Source of the DNA: Macrostomum hystrix
Lineage: Eukaryota > Animalia > Platyhelminthes
Direction of reading: 5' to 3'
DNA length: 64,000 nt
Assembly: GCA_950097015.1 (NCBI GenBank)
Contig: CATNEN010000002.1
Coordinates: 682,001-746,000 of the forward strand
The translations under genes were made by a program, and so were the position numbers. Under the pieces are notes generated by a model that did no database searches, was not told the DNA's origin, and worked only from the letters and a program-made list of their open reading frames with translations. This document shows, piece after piece, positions 15,401 through 32,109 of this stretch (position 1 is its first letter; each line of letters starts with the position of its first letter).

Positions 15401-15465
15401 TGAGTAGCTGCAGTTGTCCGATATCTTGGCGGCTGTTGATTGAGGCGACTCAAAGGTGAGGACAT
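424..15465 (-). CDS. Long coiled-coil protein, 3'-incomplete (runs off the window start); at least 603 codons
   Basis: Exons (minus) 15465-15166, 8471-8139, 6767-6687, 4190-4044, 3759-3532, 1981-1919, 1326-952, 705-424. Each internal exon has an AG acceptor and a GT donor, each exon length is a multiple of 3, and they join into a stop-free, heptad-rich E/Q/R/L protein (MSSPLSRLNQ...LREENACLQHDMDALVRAV...INQYERRIQSLEDELREAR...IEQLQ). No stop after exon 8. Family not recognised. Confidence 0.8.
2153..3521. repeat. 22-bp minisatellite (AGGTGTCTAACAGGTGTTATCT), intronic
   Basis: About 60 direct tandem units with point variants. It ends about 10 bp from the donor at 3531. Confidence 0.95.
4210..6593. 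repeat. 22-bp minisatellite (GTAGAGAGAGTAGATTGTGGGA), intronic
   Basis: About 108 near-identical units. Produces the spurious periodic ORF 5935..6660. Confidence 0.95.
8565..9400. repeat. 20-bp pyrimidine-rich minisatellite (GACTCTCTCCTCTCCCTTCT)
   Basis: About 40 tandem units. Confidence 0.93.
9669..10432. repeat. 20-bp minisatellite (GTGTCAGATGGAGGCAGTGG)
   Basis: About 38 tandem units with variants. Confidence 0.93.
10914..15112. repeat. Compound minisatellite: 27-bp unit (GAGGTCAGCTTCATCACACCTGTCACT) to about 11232, then a derived 31-bp unit (GAGGTACTTCATCACACCTGTCACTATAACT)
   Basis: About 12 x 27 bp followed by about 125 x 31 bp, with occasional hybrid units. Lies in intron 1 of the coiled-coil gene. 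Confidence 0.95.
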
Positions 15466-16269
15466 TCCCTTAGTCTTCCGCTCTGACTCTTCAATGCTAA
15501 GATCTGACCAGACTAAAGGCCGTTGGATTTTATTTGCGAGCTGTTTAATTTTAGACAGGAAAATAATATTACTGACTAGTTCCGCTGACTCTCGCTTTCA
15601 GCCAGAGCATTTGGCCTCTGCCTTTCACTTGGAAGGTATGGAGCTGTGCGCGTGTGCACAGATTCCGTCAGAAACGCTCTGACTCTCTCTTCTCTCTCTC
15701 CTTTTCTTCTTTCTCTGCTCTAGTTTGGATGGGGTTGCTGTGTGTGCACACACAATGTGAATGAAATCCGCAGAGAGCAAGCCAACAAGAGCTGCATCAT
15801 CTTCCTTTTCTGGTACACAATTCGTCTGACTAAAAAAAGGAGAGAGAAGGAGTGAAGGGCCTCCAGCCTGCCCTCACGTCCTTGCGTTAGACGCATTCAT
15901 TTAATAAGCTTTCCTACAGCTCAGTACGGCATCAGGCCCGCTAAACACACACAAACACTCCATGAAAATATGCTCTACCTGGCGAATGAAATGGCAAATA
16001 GAATTTCAACAGAGTTGAAAAAAGCAGAAGGTAGACAATGCGTTAAAAAAGCTATAGATGACGTCTAAAAGCCATTTAGGCAGCTTCAGCTCTCAATGCC
16101 TTGGATAAAATTGGCAATTTAAAATGAAATCTAGATCATTATTTGTTCTCGTCAGTCAATACATGACAAATTTAAATCTGGTGCTACTATTCCGTTGTAT
16201 ACAGATTTTATATGTAATCCTGCAATTTTGTATTATTGAAATACTGTCATACTGTCATATTGAGATTCT

Positions 16270-16660
16270 GTCATACTTTGTTTCTGTGATTTTGTGTTTC
16301 TGTGATTCTGTGATTTTTTGATTCTGTGATTCTGTTATTCTGTGATTCTGTGGTTCTGTGATTCTGTGATTCTGTGATTTTTTGATTCTGTGATTCTGCT
16401 ATTCTGTGATTCTGTGGTTCAGTGATTATGTGATTCTGTGATTCTGTGATTCTGTGATTTTGTGGTTCTGTGATTCTGTGATTCTATGACTCTGTGATTT
16501 TTTGATTCTGTGGTTCATCACACCTGTCACTGAGGTCAGCTTCATCACACCTGTCACTGAGGTCAGCTTCATCACACCTGTCACTGAGGTCAGCTTCATC
16601 ACACCTGTCACTGAGGTCAGCTTCATCACACCTGTCACTGAGGTCAGCTTCATCACTCCT
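16270..16660. repeat. 8-bp TTCTGTGA array (about 16270-16515) fused to about 5 units of the same 27-bp unit as at 10914
   Basis: Direct inspection of the unit sequences. Confidence 0.9.
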
Positions 16661-16925
16661 GGGGGTGCCGGGCGAGAGCGGCAGCGGTGACGGGAAACTC
16701 AATGGTCCATGGGGTCTGGCGGTGGTGACGGAAGGTGCGCGCGAGCAGCTGGTGGTGGCTGACGGAGCCAACCGTCGACTGGTGGTGCTGAATGTGGAGT
16801 GAGGCGTCAGTGAGCGCGTTGAAAGCAGCGACTTTGCAGAATTGGGTCGGGCAGTTTTGGTCTCTGTAGTTTTCAAAAATAAAAACGATGTGAGAAGCTA
16901 CAGGCAGGAGACGGCGATGGCGGAA
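16659..16925 (+). pseudogene. Orphan 3' fragment of the NHL-repeat gene family
   Basis: 16659-16802 reads LGVPGESGSGDGKLNGPWGLAVVTEGAREQLVVADGANRRLVVLNVE*, homologous to the C-terminus of 53532..55136. It is followed by a homologous 3' UTR and then a ~40-bp piece (16885-16925, DVRSYRQETAMAE) matching the coiled-coil region of that gene. Confidence 0.85.
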
Positions 16926-17454
16926 AAAATGTAAATAAATGTAAACTTTATGCATAATTTTTTTCTACAATTAAAAATAGTTTACTTGAATTCCGCCATG
17001 CGAGTTAAAAAACAAATTATAAAAAACAGAGGGAAGAGGGAGTTTTGATAGAAAGAGGAAGGAGTGGAAAGGTAGAGAAATGGTGTGTAATAAGTGTGAT
17101 GAATGTGAAACTGTAAGAGACGGAGAGTGGGAAGGAGTGGAGAGAGGAAGTAAGGGAGAGAGATAGAGGATGGAAGGGGGAGAGAGGATGGAAGGGAGAG
17201 AGTAGGGATGGAAGGGAGAGAGAGTTGGGGAGGAAGGGAGAGGAAGGGAACAGTTAGAAGGCCATAGTGCATCACTAAATCAGTAATCACTAAATGCATC
17301 ACTAGTAGCAAATATAGCAAAGAATATGATCGCAACTCTGTGTTTATGCTTCGATTGAACCCCAAAAATGAGACCGGAGCACTACATTTTCAGTTCGTCA
17401 ACCACACTCCTGCTGATCTTCTTCTGCATATCCGTGTCAGGATCCGGTAAGCCG

Positions 17455-17851
17455 CAGGTGTCGGCAAACTTATTAGCTAACGGGCCAAAGAGCGAACCCA
17501 AAAGACGACAGCGGGCCGCATTGACTGTAGAAATATGATATAGGGGAGAGATGAGACAGGGGAGAGATAAGACAGGGGAAAGATGAGACAGAGGAGGGAT
17601 AAGACAGGAGAGAGATGAGAAATGATTAGAGATGAGACAGGGGAGAGACGAGACCGAGGAGAGATCAAACACGGGAGCGATGAGACCAAGGAGAGATGAG
17701 ACCGAGGAGATATCAGACACGGGAGAGAACAGACACGGGCGACCGACGAGAGATGAGACAAGATACTGTAGGTGTTGAAAGGGGCAACGGGCCAGATTTG
17801 GGAGCTTCGAGTGCCGCATCTGGCCCGCATGCTGGAGTTTGCCGACCCCTA
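17455..17851 (+). mobile_element. Non-autonomous hAT/Charlie-like MITE with an internal GAGAGATGAGAC minisatellite
   Basis: Terminal inverted repeats CAGGTGTCGGCAAACT (17455-17470) and AGTTTGCCGACCCCTA (17836-17851), 14/16 match. They resemble MER58/Charlie-type ends (CAGGGGTCGGCAAACT...GGGCC). No 8-bp TSD visible. Confidence 0.7.
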
Positions 17852-17966
17852 CAGTGAGGATTAGCAGACCAATTAGCAGACTACATGTGCATCTTGTAGT
17901 ATAAGCGTCACATTGTCATTAACTACTCCATATTTGCAATTGCTTTGCATTGATAACTCATTACAG

Positions 17967-19313
17967 GCTTCGAACTGATTACGATAGCCAAGAACAAGCC
18001 TGCAAGTGCTTCCACACGCTACCCTACTACTGCCGACCCGAAGCCGTCAATGATGGAAGCACTATTGACTCGCCAATTTTTCATACGGCTGCTGGCGACC
18101 CTCTGCCTTGGGTCCTGCTGGATCCGCAGCTGAAGTTCGCGGTGCTCAGCCTCCGAGTTGGGAACCGGCTCGACGGCTCGTGTCCTCAGAGGTTCTCGCA
18201 GATTGGCTTCGGTGAGGTGTCTACCTGTGTTAAGTCTATTAACATTACTCGTCAATTAATCCAGGCAACTACAGTGACACTAGGGACACTCAACCAGATT
18301 CTAACCCAGCTAATGCCGATGCCCGTTTTAAGAGCTCTTATTAACTTAGCGTTGACTCGTTAACTCTAGGAAACATAATGTACGCTCGTACTTATCAAAT
18401 GAGCTCGAACCCTCCATTAGAACTACAAAGGCAACGCAAATTTTCTCCCCGTGGAAAGAACACGGTGAATTGGGCTTACAATAAACAGACTTTGAAAGCG
18501 TCCGACGTCAGCATCGTCAAGATATTTTGTGGTTCTGGAAGTTGCTTCATCGGTTAAAAAGCGGAAAATACGAGTATAAGCCCGAGTTTACATTGCGATT
18601 GGTTGAATATTTCAGAAGATGCAGAAAAAAGTTGGGTGTATGAAATACCGCCAATGCATGGTCCTTCTAATTTTAAGGAGTCACAAACAACGCAGCTGTG
18701 TGAACGGAGTTCAACAAAGACCTCGACCTATGCTTCTACTATACGGAAGTTCCAACTGCCGCTGACAACCCTATCAACATCACCCGCCGGAAACCTATTT
18801 TGGACAGATACCTGGCCATTTACAAGAATAACACGGGCATTGCAACTGACATGCAAATATCTTCATTTCTACGAGGTGGATATTTTCGCTCGTAAGTCCT
18901 TCGCTTATCCAAAGAAATCGATAATTTGAGTTTTAATAGACATTGAATGACAGGCTCAGATACTGATTGCTCGATCAACTTCAGTGGCCAAAGGCGCATC
19001 GCTCTACACCGCTGGTGCTCTTCCCAGCCTCCCAGCCTCATCCGGCACCTTCCTGGGTCATTGGCCAGGCCTTGGAGGTTCTCATTTGGACTGCCTGATG
19101 AAGTGCTCGCACCAGCAGCCAGACTGTCAGTTTGCTCTGGTCTGCCCGGACACAGGCCAGTGCTGGCTGTTCGGAGCAGTCAGTGAGTTCAGCGGCTTCA
19201 GCCACGGCTGCAGGAGCTTCAGCTTGACTGCCCGCTACACATATGAGGCTCACGACCAACTGCAAAGCAGCCACTGTCTCATCTCCCCACTGTCTCATCT
19301 ACCCCCTGTCTGA
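17967..19313 (+). pseudogene. Probable decayed F-type lectin (fucolectin-like) + PAN/apple-like secreted gene
   Basis: Putative exons 17967-18211 (EAVNDG...FHT...PWVLLD...NRLDGSCPQR, close to the FTLD H-x26-R-x-D-x4-R motif), about 18616-18891 (LCFYY...PILDRYLAIYK and LHFYEVDIFA in different frames, with an in-frame TGA) and 18985 onward (CLMKC...DCQFALVC...CWLF). Splice sites give matching phase-1 junctions. Confidence 0.45.
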
Positions 19314-19590
19314 TCTCTCTCCTGTCTGATCTCTCTCCTGTCTCATCTCCCCCCTGTCTGAACTCTCTCCTGTCTCATCTCCCCACTGTCTCATCTCCCC
19401 CCTGTCTGATCTCTCTCCTGTCTGATCTCTCTCCTGTCTGATCTCCCCCCTGTCTGATCTCTCTCCTGTCTGATCTCCCTCCTGTCTGATCTCTCTCCTG
19501 TCTGATCTCTCTCCTGTCTGAACTCTCTCCTGTCTGATCTCTCTCTGGTCTGATCTCTCTCTTGTCTCCTCTCTCTTCCGTCTTATCTCT
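19272..19590. repeat. ~16-bp minisatellite (CTGTCTGATCTCTCTC), reverse complement related to the MITE-internal repeat
   Basis: About 19 tandem units. Confidence 0.9.
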
Positions 19591-19793
19591 CGATTCGTGA
19601 TACACATGTGGGCTGGTTTTTATAGTGATTTGAGAAGCTTTTTATGAAAATTTCAAAATCTTTTAAAGTCGTTTAAAGTAGTTGTCCTAAAATTCGTGTT
19701 TCATTTTGGTCTAGTGTTGTCGTCAAATATGTTGCTTGGGATTCAAAAATTGACAATTATACTCGTATATATATATATAATAATAATAAGCAA

Positions 19794-20108
19794 GAGGTTG
19801 CAGCCTAGTGATTAGAGCGTCAGACTCACGACTTGAAGGTCGGGGGTTCGATTCCCGACTCCACTGAAACAATTTGTGTCCTTTAGCAAGACACTTAAAT
19901 CTGCATTGCTTCAGTTCACCCAGCTGTTAAATGGGTACCAGAATCAGCTGGGATAATTGAAGGTGGGTGTGGCGTCCCCCCCAGTCCATGGACTGAACAG
20001 CTGTACGCAGCCTTCAGATGCGCCGCGCAATAGCTGCGGCTGTGCTGTCGGCTGCACATCTGACCCAATTGGGCCAGGTGTAATCAATTATTATTATTAT
20101 TATTATTA
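19794..20108 (+). mobile_element. tRNA-derived CORE-type SINE (family A), apparently full length
   Basis: tRNA-like head with A box and B box (GGTTCGATTCC), then TGTGTCCTTTAGCAAGACACTTAAATCTGCATTGCTTCAGTTCACCCAGCTGTTAAATGGG, resembling the MIR CORE, and a (TTA)n tail. Confidence 0.75.
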
Positions 20109-20554
20109 GTTATTTATATTTATATATATACTTAGGCTCATTCGCAATACATTCGATGTGTCATCACGTCAACTTATTAAATTTAAAATTTCCTTACAGT
20201 TTTCTATACTCCTTACTCTGTAGTAGTATCATACGCATTTTTATAGGGAGGCGAGTGTGACGATATACGAGTACATGTAAGCTTCGTGTATCAGTAAATT
20301 TCGTTTTTGCCAACTATTATCTTAGGTATTTCATATTTTATAAACAAAACTTTTTAATTATTCTATTCTCAATTTTTATTGGACATACTGTTTTACGTAT
20401 AGTATTAAATCTTAATATAGTTTTACTGTAGAATTATCGTATTTAAATAGCGTTCGAAATTAAGCGTTTTAGCGTTAAACAGTGCAAAATTACCTAATTT
20501 GGGCATAATAATTTCTATGCATACAAAATTTTATAATGTAACCATGTTGGCTAC

Positions 20555-20790
20555 GGGGCAGAGTTAACCAGTTTGCTCTCGCACCAAGGTCCCTGCTGAT
20601 CTCGATTTTACAGCCGGCCACATTAAATTGGGGCGCAGCCGCGGAGAGAAAGAAGGCTTGGGGGCTTGTCGTGCAATTTGTGCTCTTGAGGGCCAACCTC
20701 CAAGGCACAGTGAGAGTGTACACTGCCTGACGATGAGAAAGAAAAGTCAGGGCACATGTATACACACCTGTGTGAGCGTATACCGATGCC
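20555..20790 (+). mobile_element. tRNA-derived SINE family B, copy 1 (degraded)
   Basis: Shares AAGGTCCCTG, GGGGCGCAGCCG, GAAGGCTTGGGG, GGGCCAACCTCCAAGG and ACACTGCCTGACGATGAGAAAG with the copy at 41914-42116. Confidence 0.65.
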
Positions 20791-20934
20791 ATGCGTATGC
20801 CAGGGTCTTCGACAAGAATCGATGAATATCTAGACGATGCTGACGTCGCACAGTTTTAAGAGTTAATCGTTTTGTGCGCAAAATTTTGTTACAATTTTTC
20901 CAAATGTATCCAACAATTTTCTGAATGTATACAA

Positions 20935-21270
20935 CAGTTTTCCAAAAGTGTCCAACAGTTTTCCAAAAGTGTCCAACAGTTTTCCAAAAGTGTCCAACAG
21001 TTTTCCAAAAGCGGGTCCAACAGTTTTCCAAAAGGGTCCAACAGTTTTCTAAATGTGTCCAACAGTTTTCTAAATGTGTCCAACAGTTTTCTAAATGTGT
21101 CCAACAGTTTTCTAAATGTGTCCAACAGTTTTCTAAATGTGTCCAACAGTTTTCTAAATGTGTCCAAAAGTTTTCCGAAATTGTCCAACAGTTTTCTAAA
21201 TGTATCCAACAGTTTTCTAAATGTGTCCAACAGTTTTCCAAAAGTGTCCAACAGTTTTCCAAAAGTGTCC
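20935..21270. repeat. 21-bp minisatellite (TGTCCAACAGTTTTCTAAATG)
   Basis: About 16 units. Produces several spurious periodic ORFs. Confidence 0.92.
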
Positions 21271-22041
21271 AGTTTCTTCTTTCTGTTTCTTAGATGCGGG
21301 TATACTGGTCTGTTGATCTGTCTGTTGAAAAGTCCAAGGCTTAATTTATCTTGTTTTAGAGGCCATGACTTAAACTCGGATCGGGCTGTCTGAGTGACAC
21401 GATACGGCTGATATATTAGGACTGGAGTAGAAGGACTGGAGTTTTAGGGCTTGGAGTAGTTATAGGACAAGTAGTAGCAGTAGGCAGCTGCATCAGCGCA
21501 TTCAAAATGAAAATAATAAGCCGTGGATTTACAGCTCGAGATCCACGCGTATGATACACGTATCACTAGAGTAATTACTCTTAAAGTGTGCGATATGTGC
21601 GCATATTTTATGCTTTGATTACGCGAATAAACTACGTGAAAGTACTGCGTATATGTTGCTCATGTGCTTTGACTGGGAGTGGTCTTATGTAAATTATTTT
21701 TACTCACGGTACCTAACTGCATTTTAGTTTCCGAGTTTGCTTAGTAGTTTAACAAAAAGTTGTAAAGACTCTTGTTTATTTCTCAAGTTTGGACAAAAAA
21801 TCACTAAATTAAAAATTACTGCCCCTTTTTAAAGTAAAAGCGCAGCTCAGCTAACTTAAGAACAGAAAATTCAAACTTTCGCTCCTCCTCGCGCCGTGCG
21901 GGAGTCTTATAAAACTTTGGCCGCCATTACGTTGTACTTGAGCCTTCATTTCGCGTACCAACCGGTTTAGCTAAGTTGTCAGTGTATACTTCGATTTCTT
22001 TTTATACGTTTATTTTTTCTATTGCACATAGTCGCTGATAA

Positions 22042-28440
<6,399 letters not shown>

Positions 28441-29416
28441 CAAAACTAATAAATCAGACGTTTTCTTACGGTGCTACTGACTTTGGTTCGTAAGTAGTGT
28501 AGTTTGAACATTTATTCATAATTATTCTGCTTTTGCTTTGAACCTATAAAGTAGCATTCTTCTAAAAAAAGCTATTTTAAGCATTGCATTCTCTTTCGAA
28601 CTGTTTTTTGTCTATGGTATTATGTCTTGCGCGGCATTGCTCAGTCCTCTCTAATGGCAGCTTAAATACACACTGGCGCATCGTCCTACTTGCAGTAGTT
28701 GCACTGTGCCAAATCCTGCAATGTTGGTCATGCTCAGCTGTGTTGTGAATAGTTATTCTCAAATACGTCATGAAAAATTTTGTTGTACTACTGTTTTTAA
28801 TCTATTTTTAACTACCCTCGAATATATGAATAAAGTAATAATGTACGGATGAAGCATTTTCTCGACTTTCTATTTTCCTACTTTTTACACTTAAATTTGC
28901 GAAGCTTTTTAATCCGACCCAATTAAAATAATAAGGCATTTTCGCATAAATTAATCATCTTTTTAATTCATGTTTTTGTACGCCAATACATAATCTCTAT
29001 TTATTATTTTCCTAGTTTATTATATAACAAATACACTCGACTAATGAAAATGGCCAAGTTAAGCCGTGCTCTATTTTCGATAAAAAAGGTCGTCCTAAAT
29101 GCTGCTTTTTAGTGCTGGTTATTATTGAAAATCGTTTGTCCTTTGAATAAATGGTTTCATTCATTTAGAAAGTAAATTAGTTTTATTGTATTAAGGTTTG
29201 CTATTTTTCTTTAAAAAATGTTGTAGTATTTACTATTTTTGAGTAAGTAGTATGGTGTGAATTATAGATTCCCTCGTCATCTAAGATTGCGCCACGGTGA
29301 CTACAGTGTGTTGCGCAGCTCAAAGAGTGCATTTTACTCTTAATAACTGCGCGGCATTGCTGGCCTGACTGGATCGTGGCAGAGAAAGAAAGGCAGGCAG
29401 ATTATAGCTGTACACT

Positions 29417-29430
29417 GTTGTCATGGCAAC
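29417..29430. promoter_or_regulatory. RFX X-box-like palindrome GTTGTCATGGCAAC
   Basis: One mismatch to the canonical GTTGCCATGGCAAC. It lies 220 bp upstream of the ATG at 29650, in intergenic DNA. Confidence 0.55.
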
Positions 29431-29649
29431 GGTGGGATAGGGAAATCTATTTTTAGATTCGCTGGCGAGAGTTTTCTTACGAAAAATGACTAAGGCTATT
29501 ATTTTTAGAACTCTCCCATGCTGTAGTCCTCTAGGTCTAGCATTTATAAAGGCCCCATCGACCGATAGTTTGTAGGGCGTAGCCATTTTTTCGAATCTGT
29601 AGAAATTCGTTTCGTTAGTCTAGCAACTAATAAATCGCTTAGAAATTAA

Positions 29650-31534
29650 ATGGCTTTCTGTTGCCCGTCGTCTTCCTCTAGCACCAGCGACGACTTGGCG
29701 ACTGCTGGAAACGAAAGAGAGGCTGCGTTGCAGATCCGGCTGGATCAGATGAAAAGGTATTTAATAGGAGTTTCAAAAAGTATCTCAAAAAGCTGGCTTA
29801 TCAGAGGTGGATAAATCCCACGTTTTCTAAGCAATGCAGTTTGGCATTTTATGCGTATAATTTGTTTAAATTTATGAAATCTTATTTTCAGAGAGCGCCA
29901 GACTGAACTGAAACGCATCGGCCGTCTTGTGGCCGACGCCGCTGCCAGTACCTCGCCGGCTCAGGCTGCTGAAGATGCCGCCGCTTCATCGACCAATCGG
30001 CAGTCGGCAGTTCAGCGTCTATTTCAGGATCGGATTCAACGCGCTGAACCAGCCGAGCCGGCCGTCGCGCCGCCGACGTCAATTCGAGTGGAAGTGATCG
30101 GGCTGAGCGAGCTGCGCCCGGTCAGCCGGATTCTGCAGTCCAGTGCCTTTCGCACCGAGCTGGAGAGCCTGGTTCGTGCCAGCCTGTCGCCTAGGCAACC
30201 GCCACAGCGTCCTCCGCTTGTTCTAGCTACTCAGGAGCATCTTGCAGTGGAACAGCAGCTGCCGCAGCCTGTGCAGCAGCAGCAGCCGCAGCCTGTGCAG
30301 CAGCAGCAGCCGCAGCCTGCGCAGCAGCAGCAGGACCGATCCATCACCGAGCTTCGTCGTCAGCGTCATGAGGAGCTGGTCCAGGAAATCAATGAGCTGC
30401 TGCACTCGCAGCTGGTCAGCGGCGGCTTGGACGGCGCCTTCCGTTCCAGGCTGGAAAGGGAGCTACGGTCAAGGGTCGCCGCTCTGCCCGATGGCGGCCG
30501 GCGAGCTCAGACGGCGTTGCAGGGACTGCCGCCTAGCGGCATCCAGCGCAACGATTTCAGCCACCTTGGCCTCTGGCAGCAGCAGCAGCAGCAGGGCATG
30601 GATGGGCCCGGCGACCTGCTGGACGATTCGGCGTCCTCCGCCGAGGAGGTAAGGCAGATTTTTGCCTGGATTGGGAGACAGAATTAAAGTTCCCGCGCAC
30701 CTATGTCTGATCCCAAAAATTTAATCCCTATTGTCTGATCTCCAGTATCTCCATGTCTGATCCCTATTCTCTAATCCCTGTTGTCTGATCCCTACTGTCT
30801 GTTCAATACTGACTAATCCCTACTGTCTAATCCCTATTCTTTGATCCCTAGTGTTTGATCCCTATTGTCTGATCCCTACTGTCTGTTCAATACTGTCTGA
30901 TCCCTACTGTCTGTTTAATACTGTCTGATCCCTACTGTCTGTTCAATACTGTCTGATGTACCTTAGTAACTTATTTTAGTGATACAACAAATAGCAATAA
31001 ATAACCTTTTTAAATTCAATGCTCGATATGCTCAAATGGACTCAAAAGTACATCTTGTCTGTCTATACGTGCATTCAGGTACTCTCCGCCGTCTCAACCG
31101 CGGCAGCCAACGCGGCTGTGTCTCTGAGCACCACTGCAGTGACCAGGCAGCTGCACTCGGTGCAACGCGAACTAACTGACGTTCGGCGCACTCTGCGCTT
31201 GTTGCTAGGCAACCAGTTGGAGACTCAGCGAATGATTCGACAGGAGGTGGCGGCCGCCTTAGTGGCCAACGCGGCGGGCCCCAGCGAGCCAGCTGTTAGT
31301 CTGCAGTGCCAGCCTCCGACTGCTTCCATTGCGGGGGCCTGTTTGATCTGCCTTACTAACAGAGCCGACACTGTGATGTACCGCTGCGGCCATCTGTGCA
31401 TGTGTACTCTCTGTACGGCCAGAATGCGGGAGGCAGCTCCTGGCGGTCGAATGTGCTGCCCAGTCTGCCGGGCTCCTGTTGCCGACACGATGCGCGTCTT
31501 CGCTGCTAGCTCCGATAGCGACAATCGGGAATAG
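29650..31534 (+). CDS. C-terminal C3HC4 RING E3 ubiquitin ligase, PIR1/PIR2 (neuralized-like-annotated) type, 439 aa
   Basis: Exons 29650-29756, 29892-30648, 31079-31534, GT/AG and in frame (1320 nt). RING: CLIC...DTVMYRCGHLCMCTLC...CPVCRAP. Upstream LETQRMIRQEVAAAL and VSRILQSSAFRTELESL motifs. Confidence 0.88.
30700..30960. repeat. Degenerate CTGTCTGATCCCTA minisatellite in a RING-gene intron
   Basis: Recurrent 14-27 bp units. Confidence 0.8.
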
Positions 31535-32109
31535 AGAGAAACTGATGAATGAATCATGCGCTTCTTGCTAACTACTCTACTTAGTAGTAGAAATGCACGA
31601 ATCTTGTATATTTTTTGTTCGATTTAAGTATATTTTCGCCACTATGGTATACAGGGCGCGAACATCATATTTAAACGATGGTTTTACTTGTAAGTAATTA
31701 TCAACAGAAACTATTTTATTTTCCAGTAAGAATTGGCATATGTACAAGCGTATTAATATATCAGAAATACACCATTTAATCGTTTCAGCTTTATTTTTCA
31801 TGGCACTGTAAATTATGGTTTCTGGTTTTGTTTAGTGTCGTTAAAAGATTATCGCAAATGGATTTTAGAATGGGGGCAGATAGATAGATAGGAGAGTAGA
31901 GAAGTGGGGAGATAGAGAGAGAGAGTGGGATTGAGAGGCAGATGGAGGAATGGGATATTGGAGAATAATTCAACCAGTTATTATCCAACTACTTTGCTGG
32001 TAGTAGCTATCAAGCAATTTTATTATTTTTTTTCCTTTCTTGTCTATTACAGAAGAGTGCGTAATTTAGATTGGCTGGAAAAAACTTTTGTATCTAAAGA
32101 AGAACCGCA

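Noticed and set aside
19794-19865. Possible tRNA genes (also 25480-25556, 42050-42116, 62630-62700)
   Set aside because: tRNA-like heads continue into shared SINE bodies and pair imperfectly, so they are called SINEs.
21880-21960. E2F-like sites upstream of MCM7 (TTTCGCGT, GCGGGAG)
   Set aside because: Plausible biologically but each is mismatched to consensus, so too weak to call.
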